DNA of 47,581 nt from a virus (Duplodnaviria; Caudoviricetes). The stretch lies in IMG/VR virus record IMGVR_UViG_3300025392_000496, positions 1 to 47,581 of that record, one strand, 5' to 3'. The position numbers were made by a program, and so were the translations under genes. Each line of letters begins with the position of its first letter. Positions within the stretch are counted from its first letter, which is position 1. The notes beneath the pieces were generated by a model that saw only the letters and a program-made list of their open reading frames with translations, was not told the origin of the DNA and searched no databases. Below, piece after piece: positions 9,413 to 18,849 of the stretch.

Positions 9413-10286
9413 ATTTTATAATACATTGACATTTGATCAAAGCATTGATCATAAACAGGACAACTACAACATAAACGATTATAATACCTATCGCCAATGG
9501 TATGAGGAAGATATACAAGAACGCAACACACTATTAATTACTGTGGGGGATAGTTGGACTTGGGGAGATCATCTAGGTTGCATAGATTGGAATGTAGCAA
9601 GCAATGACCCAATAAGACTTACTCAAGTATTTGGTCGGCAACTGTCTAACCTACTAGATTCAGATTGGGTTAATTTAGCACGTCCGGGATGTAGCAATTA
9701 TTGGATGTTGGAAAAATTACAAGACATACAGCCAATTATACAATCAGCTTCATATAAAAAAATTTATATTGTAGTGACACTAACCGAAGACCTCAGAGAA
9801 GCAACTTATTCAAGACGTATTAATGTAGATGGGCCATATCAAGGAATGTGGAGTCGCAGTATAGGAATTACAGATTTTTTAGTACAAGTTGAAAATTATT
9901 TGTTGCGTAATTTAGAACAGTATTTTAGTCAATTGCCAATGGTTACGGCCTGTGTACAAAGAGCATTTACTGATGTATGGCCAGCTAACTCTAGTTCTTT
10001 ACTATTAGATAAATCTTGGTGTGATGTTATACAAGATAATTTTAATTTTAATAACTATCAACGACCTGTGCCATTTATTGGACAAATGAGTATAACACCT
10101 TTGACAGAAAAATATATTACGCAAAATCCAGAACGTAAATTAGAATTTTTAGATATAATGGACCGTGTAGGAACTCGTTGGAATTTCTTAGGTTCTAGTC
10201 CTTATAATTTAAAAGGTAGCACTTGCCATCCTAATCCTAAAGGGCACCGTCTTTGGGCCGAGTATCTTTATATGCAACTTAGGTAA
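9405..10286 (+). CDS. SGNH-fold esterase/acyltransferase (probable start ATG 9405)
   Basis: LLITVGDSWTWG, NLARPGCSN and TCHPN; the ATG overlaps the end of the upstream gene. Confidence 0.75.
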   Translation: MFKFYNTLTFDQSIDHKQDNYNINDYNTYRQWYEEDIQERNTLLITVGDSWTWGDHLGCIDWNVASNDPIRLTQVFGRQLSNLLDSDWVNLARPGCSNYWMLEKLQDIQPIIQSASYKKIYIVVTLTEDLREATYSRRINVDGPYQGMWSRSIGITDFLVQVENYLLRNLEQYFSQLPMVTACVQRAFTDVWPANSSSLLLDKSWCDVIQDNFNFNNYQRPVPFIGQMSITPLTEKYITQNPERKLEFLDIMDRVGTRWNFLGSSPYNLKGSTCHPNPKGHRLWAEYLYMQLR

Positions 10287-10290
10287 ATAC
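10283..10290 (+). promoter_or_regulatory. Late promoter GTAAATAC followed by a structured leader
   Basis: TAAATA core, about 75-nt leader with two hairpins, AAGGAG SD. Confidence 0.65.
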
Positions 10291-10368
10291 TTAGTTCGCT
10301 CGAAAGAGAACTCTCGTCAGTAGCCACTGCGGGTAGCCTAGAACGCTAATAAAACAAGGAGAAATAAA

Positions 10369-10878
10369 ATGGCAAAAATGAAAATCTCTCGTACCCCTTC
10401 TGGTAATACTGGAACAGGTGCAACACGTACAGATCAATTTATCAGTTCAACACAAGTAACTTCAAGTAGTACAACAGACTACGCAGGTGCAGTTGGCGGT
10501 GTATATACACAAGCTGGTCCACAAATTCACGTACAATGCTACATCAAAGGTGCCAGCCGCGCTGAAGGTGGTATTCTATTAATGAAAGGCGAGCATAAGT
10601 TTTATGTACAAGATGCTACCGGTAACAAAGGTCAATGCACATTGGTAAACAAAGCCAAAGCAAGTCTACTACCTGGTGAAATGAGTATTACAGTTACTAA
10701 AGCAGATGCTTCAACATTCTACGCTAGTAAAATTACTAACAAGTTTGTTTGGGATTTTAGCGCAACACCCAAGAAATATCGCTACTGGCACAACAGTACA
10801 GCTACAACAAGCAATACATACGCTACAGATTATGCCGCTGGTGTTGTTGGTTTTGTATCTATCCCAGATGCTGCTTAA
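10369..10878 (+). CDS. Virion structural protein (possible capsid decoration), paralog A
   Basis: Thr/Ser/Gly-rich with a strong SD; shares KG.HKF.VQD, CTLVN and YAS.I.NKFV.DF with the next gene. Confidence 0.5.
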   Translation: MAKMKISRTPSGNTGTGATRTDQFISSTQVTSSSTTDYAGAVGGVYTQAGPQIHVQCYIKGASRAEGGILLMKGEHKFYVQDATGNKGQCTLVNKAKASLLPGEMSITVTKADASTFYASKITNKFVWDFSATPKKYRYWHNSTATTSNTYATDYAAGVVGFVSIPDAA

Positions 10879-10895
10879 TATAAGGAATATATAAA

Positions 10896-11606
10896 ATGAC
10901 AAAATTAAAAATTACAAAAACTGATTCAAGCGGTCAAATTCACGACCGTTACACAAGTCAGCAATATATCAACGGTGCATACGTTGGTGGCACAGGTGGC
11001 AACACAAGCCAAACTGGTCGTCAAATTCAAGGGCAGACTAACATTGTTGGTTCCAGCTCGCAACAAGGATATATTGTTCGCCAAAAAGGTATTCATAAGT
11101 TTTTAGTTCAGGACGGCGCCAATAAAACTGGTGTTTGCACATTAGTAAATTCACCAAGCCCTGCAGCAGGACAAATGAATATTCTTGTAACATTGAATAC
11201 AGCGGCAGCAAACATTGCCAGTGCTAACATAGCCGGTGGTGCAAGCCAAACTACAGTAACATACGATACACGCACAGCAGTTACTGGTCCAGTACAATTA
11301 CCACGTGTTGGTGATTATGTAGTTTGGACTAGCCCAAGTGCTAACATTGGCGCAGTTGTACAAGTTATTGGTGTTACAAGTAACTCGTTTACTATTGGTA
11401 CAATTGGTAATGTACCTGCATCAAATGGTGTAGCAGTATCTACTTGCACATACGCAAGTCGTATTAACAACAAATTTGTTTACGATTTTGGTAACGATGG
11501 CAATTTAACTGCTGGAACAATTAGTAGCAATACTTATAACCCAAATAAATTCCGCTATCATTTAGCTGCACCTGATAGTACATTTGTACAGGTTCAATAC
11601 GCTTAA
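10896..11606 (+). CDS. Virion structural protein, paralog B with an internal insertion
   Basis: Same motifs as 10369..10878 plus an extra beta-rich segment. Confidence 0.5.
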   Translation: MTKLKITKTDSSGQIHDRYTSQQYINGAYVGGTGGNTSQTGRQIQGQTNIVGSSSQQGYIVRQKGIHKFLVQDGANKTGVCTLVNSPSPAAGQMNILVTLNTAAANIASANIAGGASQTTVTYDTRTAVTGPVQLPRVGDYVVWTSPSANIGAVVQVIGVTSNSFTIGTIGNVPASNGVAVSTCTYASRINNKFVYDFGNDGNLTAGTISSNTYNPNKFRYHLAAPDSTFVQVQYA

Positions 11607-11622
11607 TTTAATTAAGTGTGGC

Positions 11623-11647
11623 AAAAAACCCGCTTCGGCGGGTTTTT
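11623..11647 (+). terminator. Intrinsic terminator (UUCG loop)
   Basis: aaaaaaCCCGC-ttcg-GCGGGttttt. Confidence 0.9.
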
Positions 11648-11674
11648 GTTTGATTTCGGCAGATATCTATAGAG

Positions 11675-11682
11675 CATAAATA
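11675..11682 (+). promoter_or_regulatory. Late promoter CATAAATA
   Basis: TAAATA core before the fibre operon; AGGA SD. Confidence 0.65.
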
Positions 11683-11703
11683 CACTATAAACAGGATATA
11701 CAA

Positions 11704-12270
11704 ATGAGTACTACTAAGAGAATTATTGGTAACTACACCTTAACTAATAAAGAAACAGCTGGCGCTAATGTTATTATTTCAACAGGCACCTTGTTTATTG
11801 ATGGAAATTTACAAATTGGTGGTAATAGCCAAAGCATTACTCATACTAACACAGATATCACTGACAATATTATTGTATTAAACAAAGGCGAAACCAGTGC
11901 TGGTGTATCAAGCCCGGGCTATGCAGGTTTTGCAGTTGACCGCGGCACACAAGCCAATGTTGAATTACGCTGGAATGAAAATGTAAAAAGTTGGCAAATC
12001 AGCGACCAGACTGGTGTAACATTTGCTAACATTGCAACTTCAGGATCAACATTATCAAACGTTTACTCTGACTCGAGTCCCACATTAGGTGGTAACTTGT
12101 ATCTAAACAATCACACAATATATTCTGGACCAACAAAAGGCAATGTACAAATTTTTGCCAATACCGCAAATAGTGGCGGATCTGGTGTATACGTAACTAA
12201 CGATTCAGCTACCAACGCAGAATTAGTAACAAAAGCTAAAGCAATAGCATTTAGTATTATATTTGGATAG
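11704..12270 (+). CDS. Fibre-associated structural protein
   Basis: DNIIVLNKG...GFAVDRG...WNE module, also seen in the long fibres. Confidence 0.55.
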   Translation: MSTTKRIIGNYTLTNKETAGANVIISTGTLFIDGNLQIGGNSQSITHTNTDITDNIIVLNKGETSAGVSSPGYAGFAVDRGTQANVELRWNENVKSWQISDQTGVTFANIATSGSTLSNVYSDSSPTLGGNLYLNNHTIYSGPTKGNVQIFANTANSGGSGVYVTNDSATNAELVTKAKAIAFSIIFG

Positions 12271-12282
12271 GAACAATTTTAA

Positions 12283-12591
12283 ATGGCAATCATCAATACA
12301 GCATTAACAACAACAGCGGCAAACATTTATGTTAGCTCTGGTAATAGTGCTACCACTGTAATACATTTTTGTAATTACACAAACAACGGAGCAACAGCAA
12401 ACGTTTGGGTAGTACCAGCCGGGCAAACTGCAAGTAATACTACAATTATCTACTCAAATGTTGCATTAACTTCTCAGAACACTTTAGTAGTAGATACTGA
12501 AAAACTTATTTTAAGCAACGGCGATGCAATCATGGCCAATGTTAGTTCAAATGGATCAGTAACAGCAACAGTAAGCTATATTGGAATTTAA
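12283..12591 (+). CDS. Small beta-rich virion protein
   Basis: 102 aa, Thr/Asn/Ala-rich, within the fibre operon. Confidence 0.5.
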   Translation: MAIINTALTTTAANIYVSSGNSATTVIHFCNYTNNGATANVWVVPAGQTASNTTIIYSNVALTSQNTLVVDTEKLILSNGDAIMANVSSNGSVTATVSYIGI

Positions 12592-12593
12592 TA

Positions 12594-13025
12594 ATGGCTA
12601 GATTTTTAAAGAACCCAGATATATCGCGTAGCGGTAGCCAGGCTGCAAGATTACCAATTGTTCCTAATGGTACTGCAGGCGACGCACCTACTACGGGTTT
12701 AATTAGATTTAATCAAGCATTAAGTCGAATTGAATTTTACTATAATAGTGGCTGGAATCAAGTGGCTAAAATTGGTAACGTTGCAATCAATGTTGATTTA
12801 CCAACTGGTACACAGGATGGTATGAATAATCATTTTACAATGAATCAAGCAGAAACTGATCCTAATGCCATTATTGTAACCATCGGCGGTGTATATCAAC
12901 AACCAAGTACACACTACAATGTAACAGGAACAACCTTAACATTTACAACAGCGCCACCACCACCAGGTATTAATCCAAATCAAATAGTTGTAATACACAA
13001 TCTAAACAGCACTAATGCTGCTTAA
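12594..13025 (+). CDS. Fibre adaptor-like protein
   Basis: Consists almost entirely of the G.IR.N...EF...W plus V.I.GV.Q.P..Y.V.GT.LTF..AP cassette. Confidence 0.5.
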   Translation: MARFLKNPDISRSGSQAARLPIVPNGTAGDAPTTGLIRFNQALSRIEFYYNSGWNQVAKIGNVAINVDLPTGTQDGMNNHFTMNQAETDPNAIIVTIGGVYQQPSTHYNVTGTTLTFTTAPPPPGINPNQIVVIHNLNSTNAA

Positions 13026-13033
13026 GGCTTGTA

Positions 13034-14464
13034 ATGGCTATTGGTAAAATTTCAGGACAAATGTTGTTTGACAACCTGGATAGATCAGGTGTCAACCTTT
13101 CCATTGACGGAAATTTAACATTCTTTGACATGACCAATCGCCGTGTTGGTATTAACAATAGTAATCCTGCTTACCCTCTAGATGTCAATGGCAACGCACA
13201 CCTTGGCAATCTTTATATTCTTAACGACTCTATTACCAGCGACACTGGAAAAATTAATCTTGGCAATATTACCAACCTAACAGTAGCTGGTGGATCGCCG
13301 GATCAAATTGTATACACTGACGGTTCTGGTAATTTAGCATTTGGGTCAATGGCAACACTAGCTGGGCTAGAAGGATTTACAGCTAATAATATTATCATTG
13401 GTACGTCGGCACAATCAAACGATGGTTACGGAACTAACGCATTAACTACCGGTATGGACGTTGCTACAGCAATTAATACACTTGATAATATTCTTGGTAA
13501 TATCACTAACAATACTGGTACAGTTATATCAGTTACTGGAAATATTAGCGGAGCCAATATTATTGCTTCTGGTAGTATTATCAGTCCAACAATTAACACC
13601 ATTAACGCAAACATTACTGCGGCCAATCTTGCTATTGCCACATTAAACTCTAATGTGGGCGCATTTGAAACTTATGCTAATTTACAAATAAGTTCTACTA
13701 ATAGCAATGTAACGGCTCTTGGCACTTACTCAAATGCCAATGCTGCCGTGCAGGCAATATCAATACAAAGTTTAGCCACTGGCGCTAATGCCAATACAGC
13801 GGCCTATTTGAATACATATACCGGAAATATTAATTCTGCAAACTTTACTGGTAATTTGTATGGAAATATTCATGCTGATTTAATTACTCCATACAAAACA
13901 ACCGTAACCACATTTAATTCTACAACAGCAGTTGGCCTACCAACAGGTGGTAATATAGCACGTCCTAGTAGTCCCGTTGCTGGTCAGATTCGTTATAACA
14001 GCGATTATAATACTGTAGAATTTTATAACGGTATTGGCTGGGTCAGTGTAATCAGTAATATCACCGGGCAAAACTTTTATGGTGACGGAACCAATAATAC
14101 ATTTAATTTAAATCAAACAACCACAGCCAATGGTGTATTGGTAAGTATTAACGGTACTGTTCAACAGCCTGTGTATGCCTATACAGTTAGTGGAAATCAA
14201 ATTACCTTTACAGAAACACCATTAATAACTGATCAAATTGATGTACGTTTCTTGGCTGCCGCAGTTACAGTAGACAATATTTTTAATACAGACATTAGTG
14301 TTACTGGAAATATCACATTATCTGGCCTATTATCAGCACCACAAACAACCAAGGCCAGTAATGCGCCCGGCACAGCAGGTCAAATATGTTGGGATGCCAA
14401 TTATATCTATGTGTGTACTGCCACAAACACCTGGAAAAGATCACCGTTAACCGGCGGTTATTAA
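13034..14464 (+). CDS. Fibre protein
   Basis: RVGINN..PAYPLDVNGN fibre motif, Asn-rich repeats, the shared adaptor cassette, and C-terminal GQICWD.NYIYVC..TNTWKR. Confidence 0.7.
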   Translation: MAIGKISGQMLFDNLDRSGVNLSIDGNLTFFDMTNRRVGINNSNPAYPLDVNGNAHLGNLYILNDSITSDTGKINLGNITNLTVAGGSPDQIVYTDGSGNLAFGSMATLAGLEGFTANNIIIGTSAQSNDGYGTNALTTGMDVATAINTLDNILGNITNNTGTVISVTGNISGANIIASGSIISPTINTINANITAANLAIATLNSNVGAFETYANLQISSTNSNVTALGTYSNANAAVQAISIQSLATGANANTAAYLNTYTGNINSANFTGNLYGNIHADLITPYKTTVTTFNSTTAVGLPTGGNIARPSSPVAGQIRYNSDYNTVEFYNGIGWVSVISNITGQNFYGDGTNNTFNLNQTTTANGVLVSINGTVQQPVYAYTVSGNQITFTETPLITDQIDVRFLAAAVTVDNIFNTDISVTGNITLSGLLSAPQTTKASNAPGTAGQICWDANYIYVCTATNTWKRSPLTGGY

Positions 14465-14575
14465 TTGCAACAGCTAAATATTTTTGCAGTACTTCAGACG
14501 TAAAACACACTCCCGGCACCAAATTCCAAAAACCTAAATTTTACCCGGTGCAAACCCAAAAGATCCATGATATGC

Positions 14576-14581
14576 TAAATA
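14576..14581 (+). promoter_or_regulatory. Late promoter core TAAATA (second core at 14475-14480)
   Basis: Upstream of a GGGAG SD and ATG 14606. Confidence 0.55.
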
Positions 14582-14605
14582 CTGTATATATCGGGAGCTA
14601 GACCA

Positions 14606-17600
14606 ATGAGCGGAAGTAACTTAACCAGAATACAAAATAATCAGATTACAGATAGTACCATCCAGGCACAAGCAAAACTTGCTGCAGGATCGATTACAGG
14701 TAATTTGTTGGCAAGTAGTGTAACCTTTAACAGTAACATTACTATTTTAGGAAACTTAACTGTAGCAAACAGCTATACACAGTTAAACTCCATTAATACA
14801 TACATTAATGACCCAATCGTTGTTTTCAACAACGGATACACTGGTAGCTTAACTGGCTACGACATGGGTATTTTAGTTAATCGTAACTTATCTAGCTTAG
14901 GTGGTTATGGTTCTGTTAATACTGCATGGATTTGGTCTGAAGCAGATGGCGCATTTGAAGCGGTAGCTACAACTGACACTGGTACTGGTATTACCAGTCT
15001 TAATAACAGTGGCTGGGCTAACGTAAAACTTGGTAACTTAACAGCAGTTGGTGTAAGTATCACTAACAATTTAACAGCTGGTAGTATTACAGCACCAATC
15101 AGTGGATCCACTGGTGCATTTACAACAGCAGTAGCAACAAACTTCTCAACTGGTAATGCAGTAATTAGTGGTGGATATATTAGTTCATTAGCTAATGCTA
15201 CAATTACAGCTGCAACATTAACAACAGCAGTAGCAACAAACTTAAGTTCTGGTAACGCAGTAATTACTGGTGGTTATGCAACTGGATTAGCTAACGTATA
15301 CGCTACTACAGCACAAGCTACTAACTTCTCATCAGGTAACGTTTTAATTACTGGTGGTAGTATTACAGGTTTATCAGCGTTTAGTGCTACAACACTACAA
15401 GCAACAAACTTCTCAACTGGTAACGCTGTAATTAGTGGCGGTTATATCAGTTCTTTAGCTAATGCTACAATTACTGCTGCAACATTAACAACAGCAGTAG
15501 CTACTAACTTCTCAACAGCTAACGCAGTGATCACTGGTGGTAGTTTAAATGGCACAGCAATTGGTGCAACAACTCCATCAACTGGTAACTTTAGTACATT
15601 ACAAGGTACAAACTTTAGTACAGGTAATGCAGTTATTACAACTGAAGTAGCTACAAACTTAAGTTCTGGTAACGTAGCAATTACAGGCGGTTACTTAACT
15701 GGCCTAGCTAACGTATACGCTACAACAGCTCAAGCTACTAACTTCTCAACTGGTAATGCAGTAATTACTGGTGGTTATGCAAGTGGCCTAGCTAACGTAT
15801 ACGCTACAACTGGCGTAATTACAAACTTTAGTACAGCTAACGCAGTAATTACAGGCGGTAGTTTAAATGGTACACCGGTTGGCGCAACTACAGCAAGTAC
15901 TGGTGCATTTACAACATTAACAACAACCGGTACAGCAATAGCAAGTGGTAATATCGTTGCAAACGCTGGCACAGCAAGTACAAACACAACAACTGGTGCA
16001 TTAGTTGTTAAAGGTGGTGCTGGTATCAGTGGCGCATTAAACGTAGGTGGCGATGCTAAGATTTCTGGTAACTTAGAAGTTGATGGCACATTGACATATA
16101 TCAACACTACAACTGAAGTAGTTTCTGGTGTTGAAGTTGTTGCTGGTAACTTAGTTGCTAACTCAGGTACAGCAAGTACAAACACAACAACTGGTGCATT
16201 AGTAGTAGCAGGCGGTGCAGGTATCAGTGGTGCATTAAACGTTGGTGGTATTATTGGTGCGTCAAGCGTACAAAATACACCAATTGGTACTACAACACCT
16301 TCAACTGGTTACTTTACAACAGCGTATGCTACAAACTTCTCAACTGGCAATGCTGTAATTAGTAATGCTTCATTTACAACAGAAGTAGCAACAAACTTCA
16401 GTACAGCTAACGCAGTAATCACTGGTGGTAGCGTAAATGGTACACCAGTTGGTGCAACTACAGCAAGTACTGGTGCATTTACAACATTAAGTACAAGCGG
16501 TGTTACAACACATAACGGCAACTTAGTTGCTGCTAGTGGTACATCAAGTACAAGCACAACAACTGGTGCATTAGTAGTAGTTGGCGGCGCTGGCGTAAGT
16601 GGTAACATTAACGTTGGTAGTTCATCTAGTACACACAGTATGCAAGGTAACGTATTAATTGGTGCTGGTACAGCATTTGCTGGAACATTAACAGCAGTTG
16701 AAATTAATCAAAATACTGATGCTCCACAAAGTGCAAACTCAACATTACACATTTCTGCTAAGACAAGTAGTAATGGTAAAGTAACAGTAGATTCGTTTGG
16801 TACTGGCTCTGCATCATACTATGTTGCACGTTCAAGTCGTGGTACAAGTGCTGCTCCAAGTGCTTCACAAACAGGCGACTTACTAGGTGCGTTTATTGCA
16901 AGTGGTTATGGTGCAACAGGTTATATTTCTGGTAACGCTAAATTAAGTCCTGGTATATCAGTACTTGCAAGCCAGAACTTTACAGACACAGCACAAGGTA
17001 CTAATATTAATATTAACTATGTACCAGACAACTCAAACGTAGCAGTAACTGGTATCCAAATTGGTTCTGTTGCTGGTAACGTAATTATCCCATCAACTAC
17101 AGGTACATCAAGTGCAACAACTGGTGCATTGGTAGTAGCTGGTGGTATTGCAACAAACAACAATTTATATGTTAACGGCACATCAACATTTGGTGGCGTA
17201 ACAACACACGCTTCTAACGTTGTTATTGCAAGTGCTACACAAAGTACAAGTACAACAACTGGTGCATTAGTATTAGTTGGCGGTCTTGGTATGCAAGGTG
17301 ACATGTACACAACTGGTATTATCCACGCTGGTACTGCACTAAACTACACACCAGCAAGTGCTAACGTACAAATTGGTGGCCAAGTTAACAGTTTCTTACA
17401 AACAGTTATACAAAACGCCAGTGGCGGTAACAATGCAAGTTCTGACGTTGCTGCTGTAGCTAACAACGGTAGTGATAACGACACCTACGTTGACATGGGT
17501 ATTACAAGTAGTACATACTCACAAGCTGGTTACACACTATACGGCGCTAACGACGGCTACTTAATTGTTTCTGGTAATACAACAACAGGCGGTGGTAACT

Positions 17601-18772
17601 TAATCCTTAACACTTACTCTGCAAAAGACATTATTTTTGCAACAGGTGGTACACAGAAGAACAACGAAGTTGCTCGTATTACATCTGGTAACGTATTTGT
17701 TCTTAAGTCTACTATCAACCCAAGTCCAGCTGCAAACGTTGGTTCATTCCAAAACTGGGGTAGTTCAAGTATAACAGGTAACAGTTATATTGGTGGTGCT
17801 ACAGTATTCAACGGTAGTGCAACTGCTGGTAACGACGTAATTGCCAAAGGTGCAAGTGATACTACATTAGTTTGGGCTCGTCCAAGTTCAACATACGACC
17901 AAGTATTAATTGGTGGTAGTGCTAGTGTAAGTACATTGGTACGTGGTGCTAAGTTACAAATTAACAGTACAGACTCTATCTTAATTCCAGTTGGTACCAA
18001 CGCACAGCGTCCAGGTAACAGTGGTGGTACAGACACACAGGGTATGTTACGTTATAACAGTACAATTAACGGTATGGAAATTTTCACCGGTACTGTATGG
18101 CAAGCATTTAGTACATCATTCACAGTTATTGCAGACCAACAGTTTAATGGTACTGGTAGCCAAACAGCATTTACATTATCAACATCGCAGACAACTGCAA
18201 GTTGTATCGTAAGTGTTAACGGTGTGTTACAGATCCCAACTCTAGCTTACTCTGTAAGTGGTACAACATTAACATTCACAGAAGCTCCAGCTTCAACCGA
18301 TGTTATTGATGTACGTTGCTTAACAACAACTGCAACTGTAACAAGTATTGCAAGTACAAACGGTTACATGGGCTTTGCAACTGATAACTACGGTGCTAAC
18401 ATTTACACAGGTTCTGGTAGTCAGACATTAACAGTAAGTTACAATGCTGCTGGTGCTGCAGTTGGCTTCCTACCAAACGTAAGTGTTGCAAGTGCTAACT
18501 CACCAACAACAATTGACACAATTGATACTACACAATATCGTAGTGCCAAGTATGTGATTCAAGTTACTAACGGTGCTAACTACCAAGTTATGGAAGCATT
18601 GGTTATCAGTAATGGTACAACAGCAACAATTACAACTTATGGTACACTAGCAACTGGTGGTAACTTAGGTGTATTGAGTGCAACACAAAGTGGTTCTAAT
18701 GCATTGGTACAGTTTATTGCGGCAAATGCAACAAACAATGTACGTATTAGTAAGAACTACTTAGCAATTTAA
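14606..18772 (+). CDS. Long repetitive fibre protein (1388 aa)
   Basis: ATNFSTGNAVITGG repeats, TTGALVVxGG repeats, adaptor cassette and a C-terminal YRSAKYVIQ domain. Confidence 0.8.
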   Translation: MSGSNLTRIQNNQITDSTIQAQAKLAAGSITGNLLASSVTFNSNITILGNLTVANSYTQLNSINTYINDPIVVFNNGYTGSLTGYDMGILVNRNLSSLGGYGSVNTAWIWSEADGAFEAVATTDTGTGITSLNNSGWANVKLGNLTAVGVSITNNLTAGSITAPISGSTGAFTTAVATNFSTGNAVISGGYISSLANATITAATLTTAVATNLSSGNAVITGGYATGLANVYATTAQATNFSSGNVLITGGSITGLSAFSATTLQATNFSTGNAVISGGYISSLANATITAATLTTAVATNFSTANAVITGGSLNGTAIGATTPSTGNFSTLQGTNFSTGNAVITTEVATNLSSGNVAITGGYLTGLANVYATTAQATNFSTGNAVITGGYASGLANVYATTGVITNFSTANAVITGGSLNGTPVGATTASTGAFTTLTTTGTAIASGNIVANAGTASTNTTTGALVVKGGAGISGALNVGGDAKISGNLEVDGTLTYINTTTEVVSGVEVVAGNLVANSGTASTNTTTGALVVAGGAGISGALNVGGIIGASSVQNTPIGTTTPSTGYFTTAYATNFSTGNAVISNASFTTEVATNFSTANAVITGGSVNGTPVGATTASTGAFTTLSTSGVTTHNGNLVAASGTSSTSTTTGALVVVGGAGVSGNINVGSSSSTHSMQGNVLIGAGTAFAGTLTAVEINQNTDAPQSANSTLHISAKTSSNGKVTVDSFGTGSASYYVARSSRGTSAAPSASQTGDLLGAFIASGYGATGYISGNAKLSPGISVLASQNFTDTAQGTNININYVPDNSNVAVTGIQIGSVAGNVIIPSTTGTSSATTGALVVAGGIATNNNLYVNGTSTFGGVTTHASNVVIASATQSTSTTTGALVLVGGLGMQGDMYTTGIIHAGTALNYTPASANVQIGGQVNSFLQTVIQNASGGNNASSDVAAVANNGSDNDTYVDMGITSSTYSQAGYTLYGANDGYLIVSGNTTTGGGNLILNTYSAKDIIFATGGTQKNNEVARITSGNVFVLKSTINPSPAANVGSFQNWGSSSITGNSYIGGATVFNGSATAGNDVIAKGASDTTLVWARPSSTYDQVLIGGSASVSTLVRGAKLQINSTDSILIPVGTNAQRPGNSGGTDTQGMLRYNSTINGMEIFTGTVWQAFSTSFTVIADQQFNGTGSQTAFTLSTSQTTASCIVSVNGVLQIPTLAYSVSGTTLTFTEAPASTDVIDVRCLTTTATVTSIASTNGYMGFATDNYGANIYTGSGSQTLTVSYNAAGAAVGFLPNVSVASANSPTTIDTIDTTQYRSAKYVIQVTNGANYQVMEALVISNGTTATITTYGTLATGGNLGVLSATQSGSNALVQFIAANATNNVRISKNYLAI
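15110..16610 (+). repeat. Intragenic ~30-aa (90-nt) tandem repeats with duplicated blocks
   Basis: ATNFSTGNAVISGGYISSLANATITAATLTTAVATN occurs twice, 270 nt apart. The blocks at about 15830-15920 and 16401-16490 are near-identical. Confidence 0.85.
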
Positions 18773-18780
18773 TAGTAATA

Positions 18781-18811
18781 TAAGTTAGGCGGGACAGGCT
18801 CGCCTAACTTA
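18781..18811 (+). promoter_or_regulatory. 13-bp intergenic stem-loop without a U-tract
   Basis: TAAGTTAGGCGGG-acagg-CTCGCCTAACTTA. Confidence 0.7.
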
Positions 18812-18849
18812 ATAACCTTATCGGGGAATATGGAACCGGGGAAAATAAA

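Noticed and set aside
13034-14464. Abundant N-X-S/T sequons as evidence of N-glycosylation
   Set aside because: They are largely expected from the high Asn/Ser/Thr content and beta-repeat pattern; no N-glycosyltransferase was recognised.
15110-16610. Periodic DNA repeats as a CRISPR array
   Set aside because: They are degenerate, in-frame protein-coding repeats without unique spacers.
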